Sequence record: OM634661.1
DNA length: 64,000 nucleotides
Strand: one strand, 5' to 3'
Part shown: one piece after another, positions 56,674 through 64,000 of the stretch
Position numbering within the stretch: position 1 is the stretch's first letter
Layout of the letters: each line of letters starts with the position of its first letter
Notes under the pieces: model-generated
What the model was told of the DNA's origin: nothing
Database searches by the model: none
The model's input: the letters and a program-made list of their open reading frames with translations, nothing else
Program-made: the position numbers and the translations under genes

Positions 56674-57099
56674 TTACTTCGGTACTTCAGTTGCTTTTGC
56701 AAGCCATTTTCCAAATACATTGAGACCTTTCTTCGTTACTTGTGTCGTTGTACGAAGAGCCTCACCTCCCTTTTTCATTCCTTCTCTAACCATAAGATTC
56801 CCTGCATTGTGACTAGATCGTTGAAGAATCTCAATTCTTTCTCCAGTTGTTGCTTCTAAGATATCGCAAGCTGTCATTCCTTCTGTGTCTAGACCTAGCT
56901 CATGGCAGTGTCTAAACATTTGAAGAAGTTCTTTTACTTCTCTTCTGTCTAATGCAGCTTCTGCAATTTCAATATCTAGTGCATCTTCATCTGTGACAAT
57001 CTGACTAAGCATATTATATCTTCTTACAAGACGCTCCTCAGTGAATCCAATATATTTACTATTAGCTAGATCTACTTTTGCTTTAATCATTATGATCAT
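56674..57099 (-). CDS. Hypothetical protein, about 140 aa
   Basis: GAGGAG RBS. Confidence 0.7.
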   Translation of the reverse strand: MIIMIKAKVDLANSKYIGFTEERLVRRYNMLSQIVTDEDALDIEIAEAALDRREVKELLQMFRHCHELGLDTEGMTACDILEATTGERIEILQRSSHNAGNLMVREGMKKGGEALRTTTQVTKKGLNVFGKWLAKATEVPK

Positions 57100-57219
57100 T
57101 CTCCTCTGTAATTATATTTTTTATAATTTTGCTATTTAAAAAGGGACCAGCGAATTGCTCATGTTGTAAAGAAAACCCGCCCCATCAAAAGAAGCCTTGT
57201 GGCTCAAGTCCTTCTACAA

Positions 57220-57330
57220 TTAGAAGGGCATCACCTCCTTTGGTAGAAACGAAAAATTTACTGTGACGTGAGTGACGGCGAACGTTGTTGTCATTGGGAA
57301 AATGACGTTGCTTGAATGGCGGTTGATCAT
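57220..57330 (-). CDS. Small ORF, 36 aa (MINRHSSNVIFPMTTTFAVTHVTVNFSFLPKEVMPF)
   Basis: AAAGGAG RBS with 8-nt spacing; hand-translated. Confidence 0.45.
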   Translation of the reverse strand: MINRHSSNVIFPMTTTFAVTHVTVNFSFLPKEVMPF

Positions 57331-57491
57331 GACGTGTAACTCCTTTTCGTTTTATCCATTCTAGTTTCTAGGATGCGTAAATCTCTACAGGTGTTTCCCC
57401 ACTTTAATTGCGTGTTGCGTGCCGTACTAAGTTTCTCCTCTCCCTCAAAGGTATCTCTATTTGTTTTTCTTACCTCTGAGGGCATTACCAT
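57327..57491 (-). CDS. Possible small ORF, 54 aa
   Basis: AAAGGA RBS; ATGA overlap with the next ORF; overlaps an inverted repeat. Confidence 0.35.
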   Translation of the reverse strand: MVMPSEVRKTNRDTFEGEEKLSTARNTQLKWGNTCRDLRILETRMDKTKRSYTS

Positions 57492-57596
57492 TTACAATTC
57501 ATCCTTTCCTAATTTTCCGCTGGCCCACCCAACCTAGTATGCCTATCACATACCCCTCACCATTTACATGGCTACTGCCAGATTAAAGAATATCTC

Positions 57597-58151
57597 TCAC
57601 TTGTCTTTCTTGCAGATAATTGATTCCGCTTCTTTGATGGCTTTTGAGAAAGGCTGTTTCTTTTTCTGTTTACTTTGCATTTCTTCTGCCATTTTTTCTG
57701 TTCTCTCTAGGAATCGTTTTCGACTATCATCCTGTGGGTTAGATTTAGGTCTGTTTCTCATCTGCATTGAGTGTAGAGATTTCTTCAATTCTCTTTTGGC
57801 ATCTCTCTGAAACACTTCGTCAAATTCAAGAGCATATTTCTCTCCGATTTCGACCATTGTTTCAAAAGAGTCTACTTTTCTCATTTCAGACAAGATGTAG
57901 GCAAGTTGTCCGCTACGTGCACAAATGTAGCCAAAGTCGTGCTCTTTAAAGTCCACAACTTCATTACCATAACTAATGGCAAGCTCTATGACGATGCGAT
58001 ACCCGCTAAGTTCAACATCTCGTCTATGGTGTAAATAACTACCAGTCTTCATCGTGTTCCCCTGATAGGCTTTGAAATAGAAGACACACTCCATCCCAGC
58101 AGCATTTACAACCTCTTTCTTTTGAATCTTAAACAAGGTATGCTTCGTCAT
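57597..58151 (-). CDS. Hypothetical protein, 184 aa
   Basis: Co-directional ORF. Confidence 0.7.
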   Translation of the reverse strand: MTKHTLFKIQKKEVVNAAGMECVFYFKAYQGNTMKTGSYLHHRRDVELSGYRIVIELAISYGNEVVDFKEHDFGYICARSGQLAYILSEMRKVDSFETMVEIGEKYALEFDEVFQRDAKRELKKSLHSMQMRNRPKSNPQDDSRKRFLERTEKMAEEMQSKQKKKQPFSKAIKEAESIICKKDK

Positions 58152-58659
58152 CGTTTAAATCCCCTTTCACTTCAATGTTCTTAAATACATGTGTAATCAA
58201 TAGGTTTAGTTTTCTAATCAAGCGATTGATGGTGTGACTAAGTATGCTCATTTCTTTAGGTTCATCAATAGCTAGGGAATTCTTCAAATAAGCTCTGAAG
58301 ATATCCCTTGATATAAAGTTGTGCATTATCACTAACTCGGCATGGTCATTATCAATGAGATAATCTGCATCCTCATTAGATAAGAAACCTGACTCCATTG
58401 CATTAGCGATAATCTGTTGCTCTGCTGACATCTGATTTAATTCGTAAGACATTTTGTCGATCTCTTGTGACAGTTGTCTAACACCCATTGTTGAAAATGC
58501 CTTTTGGAACAAATCGCTATCAGCTGATACTTTTAACGAATCTTCATTGTCTTTTGACGTGTGGTAATTTATCTCAGGTAAAAACGGTCCATAGACTAAG
58601 TTCAAGACAAAAGCGATGCTGAGTAGAACCAATGAGACTACTGTTATAGTGATTGCCAT
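58129..58659 (-). CDS. N-terminally membrane-anchored protein, 176 aa
   Basis: Hydrophobic N-terminus; AAAGGAGG RBS. Confidence 0.75.
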   Translation of the reverse strand: MAITITVVSLVLLSIAFVLNLVYGPFLPEINYHTSKDNEDSLKVSADSDLFQKAFSTMGVRQLSQEIDKMSYELNQMSAEQQIIANAMESGFLSNEDADYLIDNDHAELVIMHNFISRDIFRAYLKNSLAIDEPKEMSILSHTINRLIRKLNLLITHVFKNIEVKGDLNDDEAYLV

Positions 58660-58680
58660 ATTGTTTCCTCCTTTACTAAG

Positions 58681-58944
58681 TTAGATAGTTTGATTTTGTT
58701 GTTTTTTGAAGAATGCATCTACTGCTAGATTGTTTTCCTGCCATGCTTTGAATTCTTCCTTTGTATATGTTTTAGCAGGACGTGATCGGTAAACTTTAGC
58801 TTGTTCAATGATTCTTAACTGCTCTGCATACTCTGACCAGTAGCTTAATGATCTTGGCTCAGGTTTCTTTTCCTCGACCACTACTTGTATTTGCTCCTCT
58901 TGCCAGAACATGCCCTTAATAAATGACCATACTTTCTTAAACAT
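58681..58944 (-). CDS. Hypothetical protein, 87 aa
   Basis: AAAGGAGGTG RBS. Confidence 0.7.
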   Translation of the reverse strand: MFKKVWSFIKGMFWQEEQIQVVVEEKKPEPRSLSYWSEYAEQLRIIEQAKVYRSRPAKTYTKEEFKAWQENNLAVDAFFKKQQNQTI

Positions 58945-58975
58945 TTGTATTCACCTCCTTTCAAGTGTCTTAGTT

Positions 58976-59761
58976 TTAAATAAATGAATGAGCTGATTTG
59001 ATCCCATTAATTTTCTTTGGTAATGGAACCATCTTCCCATCTTTAAATGGTGGCTGTATTGCTAGTATCTTTCCGTTCTCATCGAATAAGAATCTGTTGT
59101 CTTTTAACATCTTGTTGTATTGTTCTAATCTGCCATGAATCTCAATGATCATCATAGCTTCATCTTCATACTCAGGATTGGTTAGAACATCTCTTTTGAA
59201 TAACTCAACTTGATCTTCATTTTCCAGATCGAATTCAGTTACTGCATGTGCAAATAAGATATTCTCATCCGCTAGATAGCCATTCTTAATATAGAAGCTA
59301 CCGTCTTTATCTTTGACGATATTAATAGCCACCTTATGTTCTACACCTTCTCCACCTACAGTTGTCTTGCATTCTTTGTAGATGTAAACAGGGCCTTCAT
59401 AAGATGTGTTAATGATTCTATATTTCTTTGGCATCTCTAATGAGACAATGCGCTGAATATTTAGAATCCCATCCAGTAAGAACTCTAGCTGCTTAATGTG
59501 TCTACGAGGAATTAAATCTCCTTTCTCAATGACTTCCTCTAAAGACTCATATCTTTCTCCATATGCCTTGATGTTGTGTGGTACATAGTTTTGAATATCA
59601 AATGAGATATGATCACCTACTGTCATCCCTTTGACATTCTTGAGTTTCTTTTTGGCGTACATTAATTCTTTAGCTTCATCAGCATTTTCTTTTGTGTAGC
59701 GAATAGAGCCAACAATGACTACTAATGCTACTGTGATAAAGATCGCATAAAACATTCTCAT
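58976..59761 (-). CDS. Membrane-anchored or exported protein, 261 aa
   Basis: N-terminal TM segment. Confidence 0.75.
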   Translation of the reverse strand: MRMFYAIFITVALVVIVGSIRYTKENADEAKELMYAKKKLKNVKGMTVGDHISFDIQNYVPHNIKAYGERYESLEEVIEKGDLIPRRHIKQLEFLLDGILNIQRIVSLEMPKKYRIINTSYEGPVYIYKECKTTVGGEGVEHKVAINIVKDKDGSFYIKNGYLADENILFAHAVTEFDLENEDQVELFKRDVLTNPEYEDEAMMIIEIHGRLEQYNKMLKDNRFLFDENGKILAIQPPFKDGKMVPLPKKINGIKSAHSFI

Positions 59762-59824
59762 CTCTCCCTTTGTTTTTTTATGAAGCAGGTAGAACTATTC
59801 ATCACCTCCTTTCATATACATTAA

Positions 59825-60451
59825 TTACTTAACTGATACTTTCTCAGCGATTAAACCTTTTACATCTGATGGTGTTAGTTCTTGTAAGACTGCCTCTTCA
59901 ATTACCTCAGTCCATTCACCAAGTTCTTTCATACGTGGTTCGATTTCATCCTTAAACCAATTTGTAATCATATTGAATTCCTCCTCATCTGTAATAGATT
60001 GGAATCCGACTTCTCCATGAATTGCTTGAAGAATATCTAAGATCCCTTTCATTCTCTTAAACTCTAACTTGTCAAATGCTTTCACGAAGTCTCTTTTCAA
60101 CATAGCGATACTGAAACCAAGGTCGTTCTCTTCATATCCCATTAGGTCAAGTACTGGTCCGATTAATGTGCTAACTGTCATGCTGCTTCCTCCATTACTG
60201 TTTGATAGAAAACTTCCTGTTGAAATAAAGATGTGTACTTCTTCATTTGACGACTCTAATGCTTGCTCGATAATGCTTTGAACAAGTTTTGTATTCATTT
60301 TGCGTGACTCCATGTAGATTCGGCACACTTCGATGAATTCACCTGGGGTATAATCCTTTGATGCTTCCACTCTGTATTTAGCTAGGTTGTGGGAAATGCG
60401 GGAAACAAGGCCGATTAGATTTAGTTGTGACTGTAATGTAACGTTTCTCAT
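59825..60451 (-). CDS. Hypothetical protein, 208 aa
   Basis: AAGGAGAGG RBS. Confidence 0.75.
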   Translation of the reverse strand: MRNVTLQSQLNLIGLVSRISHNLAKYRVEASKDYTPGEFIEVCRIYMESRKMNTKLVQSIIEQALESSNEEVHIFISTGSFLSNSNGGSSMTVSTLIGPVLDLMGYEENDLGFSIAMLKRDFVKAFDKLEFKRMKGILDILQAIHGEVGFQSITDEEEFNMITNWFKDEIEPRMKELGEWTEVIEEAVLQELTPSDVKGLIAEKVSVK

Positions 60452-60525
60452 GTTTACCTCTCCTTTTATCTATTAGGATGTTTGATACAAAAAAAGATCC
60501 CCAATAAATGAGGATCAACCAGAAA

Positions 60526-60699
60526 TCACTTCAATAGATAACGTGTCTTAGTTTGACATCTTAACTTTCTAACTTCATAGGACGAGAGATTCACACCAAT
60601 CACTTCTTTTGTTATCGGTCTAGCCTTGCGTTTAATTGCTTCTTGTTGATGAAGTCTTTCTAATTTCTCTTGCATTTCCTGTAGTTGTTCTCTGTTCAT
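60526..60699 (-). CDS. Small basic protein, 57 aa
   Basis: AAGGAG RBS. Confidence 0.6.
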   Translation of the reverse strand: MNREQLQEMQEKLERLHQQEAIKRKARPITKEVIGVNLSSYEVRKLRCQTKTRYLLK

Positions 60700-60761
60700 G
60701 TTGAACACTCCTTTTGATTTGTAGTAGTAGTATGACGTTTTAGTGTCCTTACATTTGACAC

Positions 60762-60929
60762 TTATAGCTGATTGACAGTTGCTACAATCATCATGATGGT
60801 AAAGACAAAGATGATAACCAATCCCAGAAGAGCAATCTTTGCAATTCTTAATACTCTAGCATCACCCCCTAACATGCCAACAATTAGATATATCACAAAC
60901 ACTACGAATAAAGTAATGATCCCTTCCAT
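60762..60929 (-). CDS. Small membrane protein (2 TM), 55 aa
   Basis: AGGAGG RBS; hand-translated MEGIITLFVVFVIYLIVG... Confidence 0.65.
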   Translation of the reverse strand: MEGIITLFVVFVIYLIVGMLGGDARVLRIAKIALLGLVIIFVFTIMMIVATVNQL

Positions 60930-60931
60930 GT

Positions 60932-61402
60932 TTACATACCTCCTAATTTGAAGAATTTATTAAAAAAAGAAAAGACATTCTTGAGTGAATATCTCTTCTT
61001 GGATTTTTGGACTGTAATTTGATCACGTCTACTCATGATTTTGTAATAAGCTTCTTTATAAAGCATAAGATGCTCAACATCATCCATGTGATCTTTAATG
61101 TCATACTTACCTTCTTTGTTTAATATATCTAGATACTCAGCCAACATATTTGTGACTACATTATTATGTTTCTTTAGAAGGATTTGAAAACGAATATCTA
61201 GATCTAAATCATCTTGTGTTGTAATACCATGAGAAGTAAATACCTCAATAACAAAGCGGGGCAGAATTAATCTAACCCCATTCGCAGTAAGATTTGTCAT
61301 TATCGGTTGTTTCATATATGCTTCTAACTTTCTCATTTCACTTTTAGATAATGTTTGATTCTTTCTTTTCTTTTGTTCTACTACTTTCATAATGTTATTC
61401 AT
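60932..61402 (-). CDS. Hypothetical basic protein, 156 aa
   Basis: Co-directional ORF. Confidence 0.7.
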   Translation of the reverse strand: MNNIMKVVEQKKRKNQTLSKSEMRKLEAYMKQPIMTNLTANGVRLILPRFVIEVFTSHGITTQDDLDLDIRFQILLKKHNNVVTNMLAEYLDILNKEGKYDIKDHMDDVEHLMLYKEAYYKIMSRRDQITVQKSKKRYSLKNVFSFFNKFFKLGGM

Positions 61403-61432
61403 ATCTATACACGCTCTTTCCTATTTTATTTT

Positions 61433-62110
61433 TTATAAAAGGTCACTAAGATTGATGCTTTTCAGATAAGCCCTAAACTCATCTCTATATTTATTAGGAT
61501 TAGGATACACATGATTCGAAGCTCTCTTGGGGAAACCATGATCACAGATCAATTCATTCAATGACTTAATAATGTTGCCGATATTTACAATGTGACTACT
61601 ATCAATATCATCAAAAGGTACATAATCCTCTATGACTAAAAGAACCACAGGTTTTGCGTAATAAAAGAAGTTTTTGTGACGTGTCTTAATTCCAAATGAC
61701 ATTTTGAAATAAGGTGTTTGGTATTTGAAAGCATCTTCAAGCTCATTTTCGACTCCTCCAGATACAGAGAAGAAAAGACTTCTACTTTCTCGTGCCTTGT
61801 CTGTATTCGCTGTTACATCTACGTGTAGAGAGTGTTGTATATCTTCTTTATAATAAGTAAGCTTTGTGTCAGCACCAAATCCGACATCAATTCTTGGAGG
61901 CATTTCCTCTGTGTGAAAATCAGGATGTTTATCTAATAAAGAGCAGATGGACGCTTCTACACGCCCACCTAATGTATTACCTAACTTACGTGATACACTT
62001 CTAAGTCTCTTATAGTATGCAATGCTTTCCTTTACACCTGTGAATTTCGTATATTCGCTGAATAAAACCTTCCAGTTGTTCTTGTTGATTTGATTGAGTT
62101 CTTTTGACAT
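61433..62110 (-). CDS. Hypothetical protein, 225 aa
   Basis: Start at MSKELN after AGGAGG. Confidence 0.75.
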   Translation of the reverse strand: MSKELNQINKNNWKVLFSEYTKFTGVKESIAYYKRLRSVSRKLGNTLGGRVEASICSLLDKHPDFHTEEMPPRIDVGFGADTKLTYYKEDIQHSLHVDVTANTDKARESRSLFFSVSGGVENELEDAFKYQTPYFKMSFGIKTRHKNFFYYAKPVVLLVIEDYVPFDDIDSSHIVNIGNIIKSLNELICDHGFPKRASNHVYPNPNKYRDEFRAYLKSINLSDLL

Positions 62111-62160
62111 TGTAATTCCTCCTATGATATGTTGTTGTAGCATGACGTTTGGGATGTGTG

Positions 62161-62427
62161 TTATCTAATCTCGATAATCAGTCTCATTGTTGTTCGGCTT
62201 CTTCCGTCATCAATATCCTGTATAACAAAGCTTGGGTAACAGATTACTTCAACACCTTCAGATGCTAAGTATGATCTAGCAGCAGCTACTGATTTTAATG
62301 CCTGATTAACAGGTCCAGCTCCTAGACAGTCTACTTCAGCAATACCGTTCTTTCTAATGACGTTAGCGATAGCTCCTCCTAGTTTAGCTGGGTCACTTTT
62401 ACTTGATGCACGTAATAAATCTTTCAT
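62161..62427 (-). CDS. spoVS: Stage V sporulation protein S homolog
   Basis: LRASSKSDP..LGGAIANVIR..G.AEV..LGAGPVNQALKSVAAARSYLA.EG.EVIC.PSF. Confidence 0.92.
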   Translation of the reverse strand: MKDLLRASSKSDPAKLGGAIANVIRKNGIAEVDCLGAGPVNQALKSVAAARSYLASEGVEVICYPSFVIQDIDDGRSRTTMRLIIEIR

Positions 62428-62503
62428 AATCCAATTCCTCCTATTAAATGACAGTATAGTATAATGTGGTGTTGCTTAGTGATTTTTACCACTTGCTTAT
62501 TCA

Positions 62504-62632
62504 TCACCTTGAAACTATGATAAATAGTAAGGTTGCAAGACAGGACGTAATAGCAAGCATGTGATGATTAACAGCTATAGTAGTAACTAAAGCTAGAATA
62601 CATAACGAAAGCCCTATCGTAATGCTAGACAT
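62504..62632 (-). CDS. Small membrane protein, 42 aa
   Basis: AAAGGAG RBS; hand-translated. Confidence 0.55.
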   Translation of the reverse strand: MSSITIGLSLCILALVTTIAVNHHMLAITSCLATLLFIIVSR

Positions 62633-62647
62633 CTTGACACTCCTTTC

Positions 62648-62815
62648 CTATGCTCTCTTTAGGTCCTTGTCGATTGCAGCTAGTGTTAATTCCACTGCAT
62701 TACAGTAGTGATAAACACCCTCTTTTACATCCTTTGTACAACGTGCTTTTCTTTCTTCTTTCTTGGCTTGTTTCATTAATGATTTTGAATGCGTTATCTT
62801 GGCAAAAAGCTTCAT
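62648..62815 (-). CDS. Small basic protein, 55 aa
   Basis: Start at MKLFAK after AAAGGAGGTG. Confidence 0.65.
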   Translation of the reverse strand: MKLFAKITHSKSLMKQAKKEERKARCTKDVKEGVYHYCNAVELTLAAIDKDLKRA

Positions 62816-62981
62816 GTTCTCACCTCCTTTCACTTTATTTTTGGTCCTTCTTGGAGCACCATAGGGGGTACGCATGGAAAGACTCAATAAGAAAGATAAA
62901 TAATATACCCTGCCGCTGGGAAAATTTCAGATTTTTGTCCTTATAAAGGGAACATTTGTTCGTTTAGAAGACACAAAAAGA

Positions 62982-63003
62982 CCCCTTCCAAATAAGGAAG
63001 AGG
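62982..63003 (-). terminator. Intrinsic terminator
   Basis: CCTCTTCC-TTATTT-GGAAGGGG followed by TCTTTTT. Confidence 0.65.
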
Positions 63004-63321
63004 TGAAAAGATCAGCATACAAAGATAGGGGAATATCTTTGAGCTATAGAGTAAGAGTATCAATCAGTACTCATCTATTATGATACATCCAATAAACACA
63101 ATGGTAAACCAGTAAATGTTCCCTAAAGTATTACATTTACATAACGAATATAACAAAACAAAAACCCTGCTAGAGAATCAACTAACAGAGTTCTTACATA
63201 AGAAGTGACCATGAGGAGAGATATTGAAAGACGTAAGGGCAAGGAAATAGTTAACTTCTTACTAACTACATCTTAACCCATACATTCTCTCTTTATACAT
63301 CATAGCGCCTTTACGCCCAAA

Positions 63322-63486
63322 TTATTCTCTAATCTTGTTCGCCTCAAGGACTGTAGAGACCGCTTCATCCAATATTTTAGACATTGGGATTCCTGTTTTT
63401 TCCGATGCTTCTTTTAAGAGATCGTATAAGTCTGCATCTAATGTAGATGTAAATTGCGTTCTCTTTTTTTGTTTCTTATTAGACAT
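63322..63486 (-). CDS. Ribbon-helix-helix DNA-binding protein, 54 aa
   Basis: RTQFTSTLDADLYDLLKEASEKTGIPMSKILDEAV; GGAGG RBS. Confidence 0.85.
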   Translation of the reverse strand: MSNKKQKKRTQFTSTLDADLYDLLKEASEKTGIPMSKILDEAVSTVLEANKIRE

Positions 63487-63505
63487 AGAATGACCTCCTG
63501 CATAA

Positions 63506-63745
63506 TTACTTGAACATCTTGCAAGCCTTACACTCAATTCTTTCTCCTGGTAAGAAGAACTTGATGTCTCCTGGATACTTCTTTTTCTTCTCCCACCTAT
63601 GCCCTCTAAAAGTGCAAATAAATATGGCAATCATTCCTGAGATAATAGTATACCTAAGAAACGCCCATATTAATTCAACAACTGTGTAAAGACCCCATAA
63701 TATTAACATGAATGGATGGATAATAAACCGTTTAAGCACTCTCAT
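63506..63745 (-). CDS. Small membrane-associated protein with C.F.GH.W...C..C motif
   Basis: Hydrophobic N-terminus; CTFRGHRW...CKAC. Confidence 0.6.
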   Translation of the reverse strand: MRVLKRFIIHPFMLILWGLYTVVELIWAFLRYTIISGMIAIFICTFRGHRWEKKKKYPGDIKFFLPGERIECKACKMFK

Positions 63746-63908
63746 TTTCTTTTTCCTTATATTCTTGTGCAATATGGTTTAGGGAGGATACCATAATGTC
63801 TACATCCTTTTCATAAAACATAGGCCCTGCAAACAATCCATAGTCACCATCCTTGAATTTCATCACAAACCATGAGTTGCCAATACGTTCTTTTTTAAAT
63901 TCTTTCAT
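63732..63908 (-). CDS. Small ORF, 58 aa (MKEFKKERIGNSWFVMKFKDGDYG...)
   Basis: GGGGG RBS directly downstream of the SigA-type promoter; hand-translated. Confidence 0.6.
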   Translation of the reverse strand: MKEFKKERIGNSWFVMKFKDGDYGLFAGPMFYEKDVDIMVSSLNHIAQEYKEKENESA

Positions 63909-63938
63909 TTCAATACCCCCTGTTTACTTATTAAGTAC

Positions 63939-63967
63939 ATTATATCATGTCATAAAGTCATTGTAAA
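63939..63967 (-). promoter_or_regulatory. Near-consensus SigA-type promoter
   Basis: TTTACA-17 nt-TATAAT with an extended -10 TG. Confidence 0.75.
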
Positions 63968-64000
63968 TATCTTAATGTTATGTTATATTAATTGTAGAAG

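Noticed and set aside
3373-62946. Plus-strand ORFs in the track (for example 3373-3558, 16357-16569, 51354-51581, 54195-54584, 57568-57810, 62650-62946)
   Set aside because: All are antisense shadows of well-supported minus-strand genes or lack RBSs and recognisable motifs
1-64000. tRNA, rRNA, integrase, transposase or virion structural genes
   Set aside because: I found no T-arm GGTTC(G/A)A..CC cloverleaf, rRNA motifs, recombinase catalytic motifs or structural gene signatures

Overview
AT-rich, densely packed 64 kb segment with essentially all genes on the minus strand and strong Bacillus-type RBSs (AAGGAGG). It looks like the non-structural, accessory/host-takeover arm of a large Bacillus-group phage or phage-like element. 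I saw no virion, rRNA, tRNA or CRISPR features. The left half is a counter-defence and metabolic island: Nampt-like plus PRPP-synthetase-like genes (NARP1-like NAD+ reconstitution), RNA end-repair enzymes (Pnk-HD, T4-type RNA ligase, RlaP-like and CCA-like nucleotidyltransferases), phosphoesterases, NADAR/SLOG proteins and four left-handed beta-helix paralogs. The standout is a complete ubiquitin-like conjugation cassette of the PRTRC/Bub type (E1, JAB peptidase, E2 family D). Its Ubl gene is built like eukaryotic polyubiquitin: four head-to-tail 57-aa units, each ending in KG, plus a 7-aa tail MPRIVVK. The same heptapeptide is encoded separately about 12 kb away as an unannotated mini-gene (8478-8501) with a consensus RBS and a downstream terminator-like hairpin. 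The window also has mimics of host regulators (sigma factor, Spx lacking CxxC, SpoVS, YyaC, three SpoVG-like proteins), a macro-domain remnant next to a GIY-YIG homing endonuclease, and several apparent single-base homopolymer frameshifts that may be sequencing errors. All family assignments come from motif recognition by eye, not database searches.
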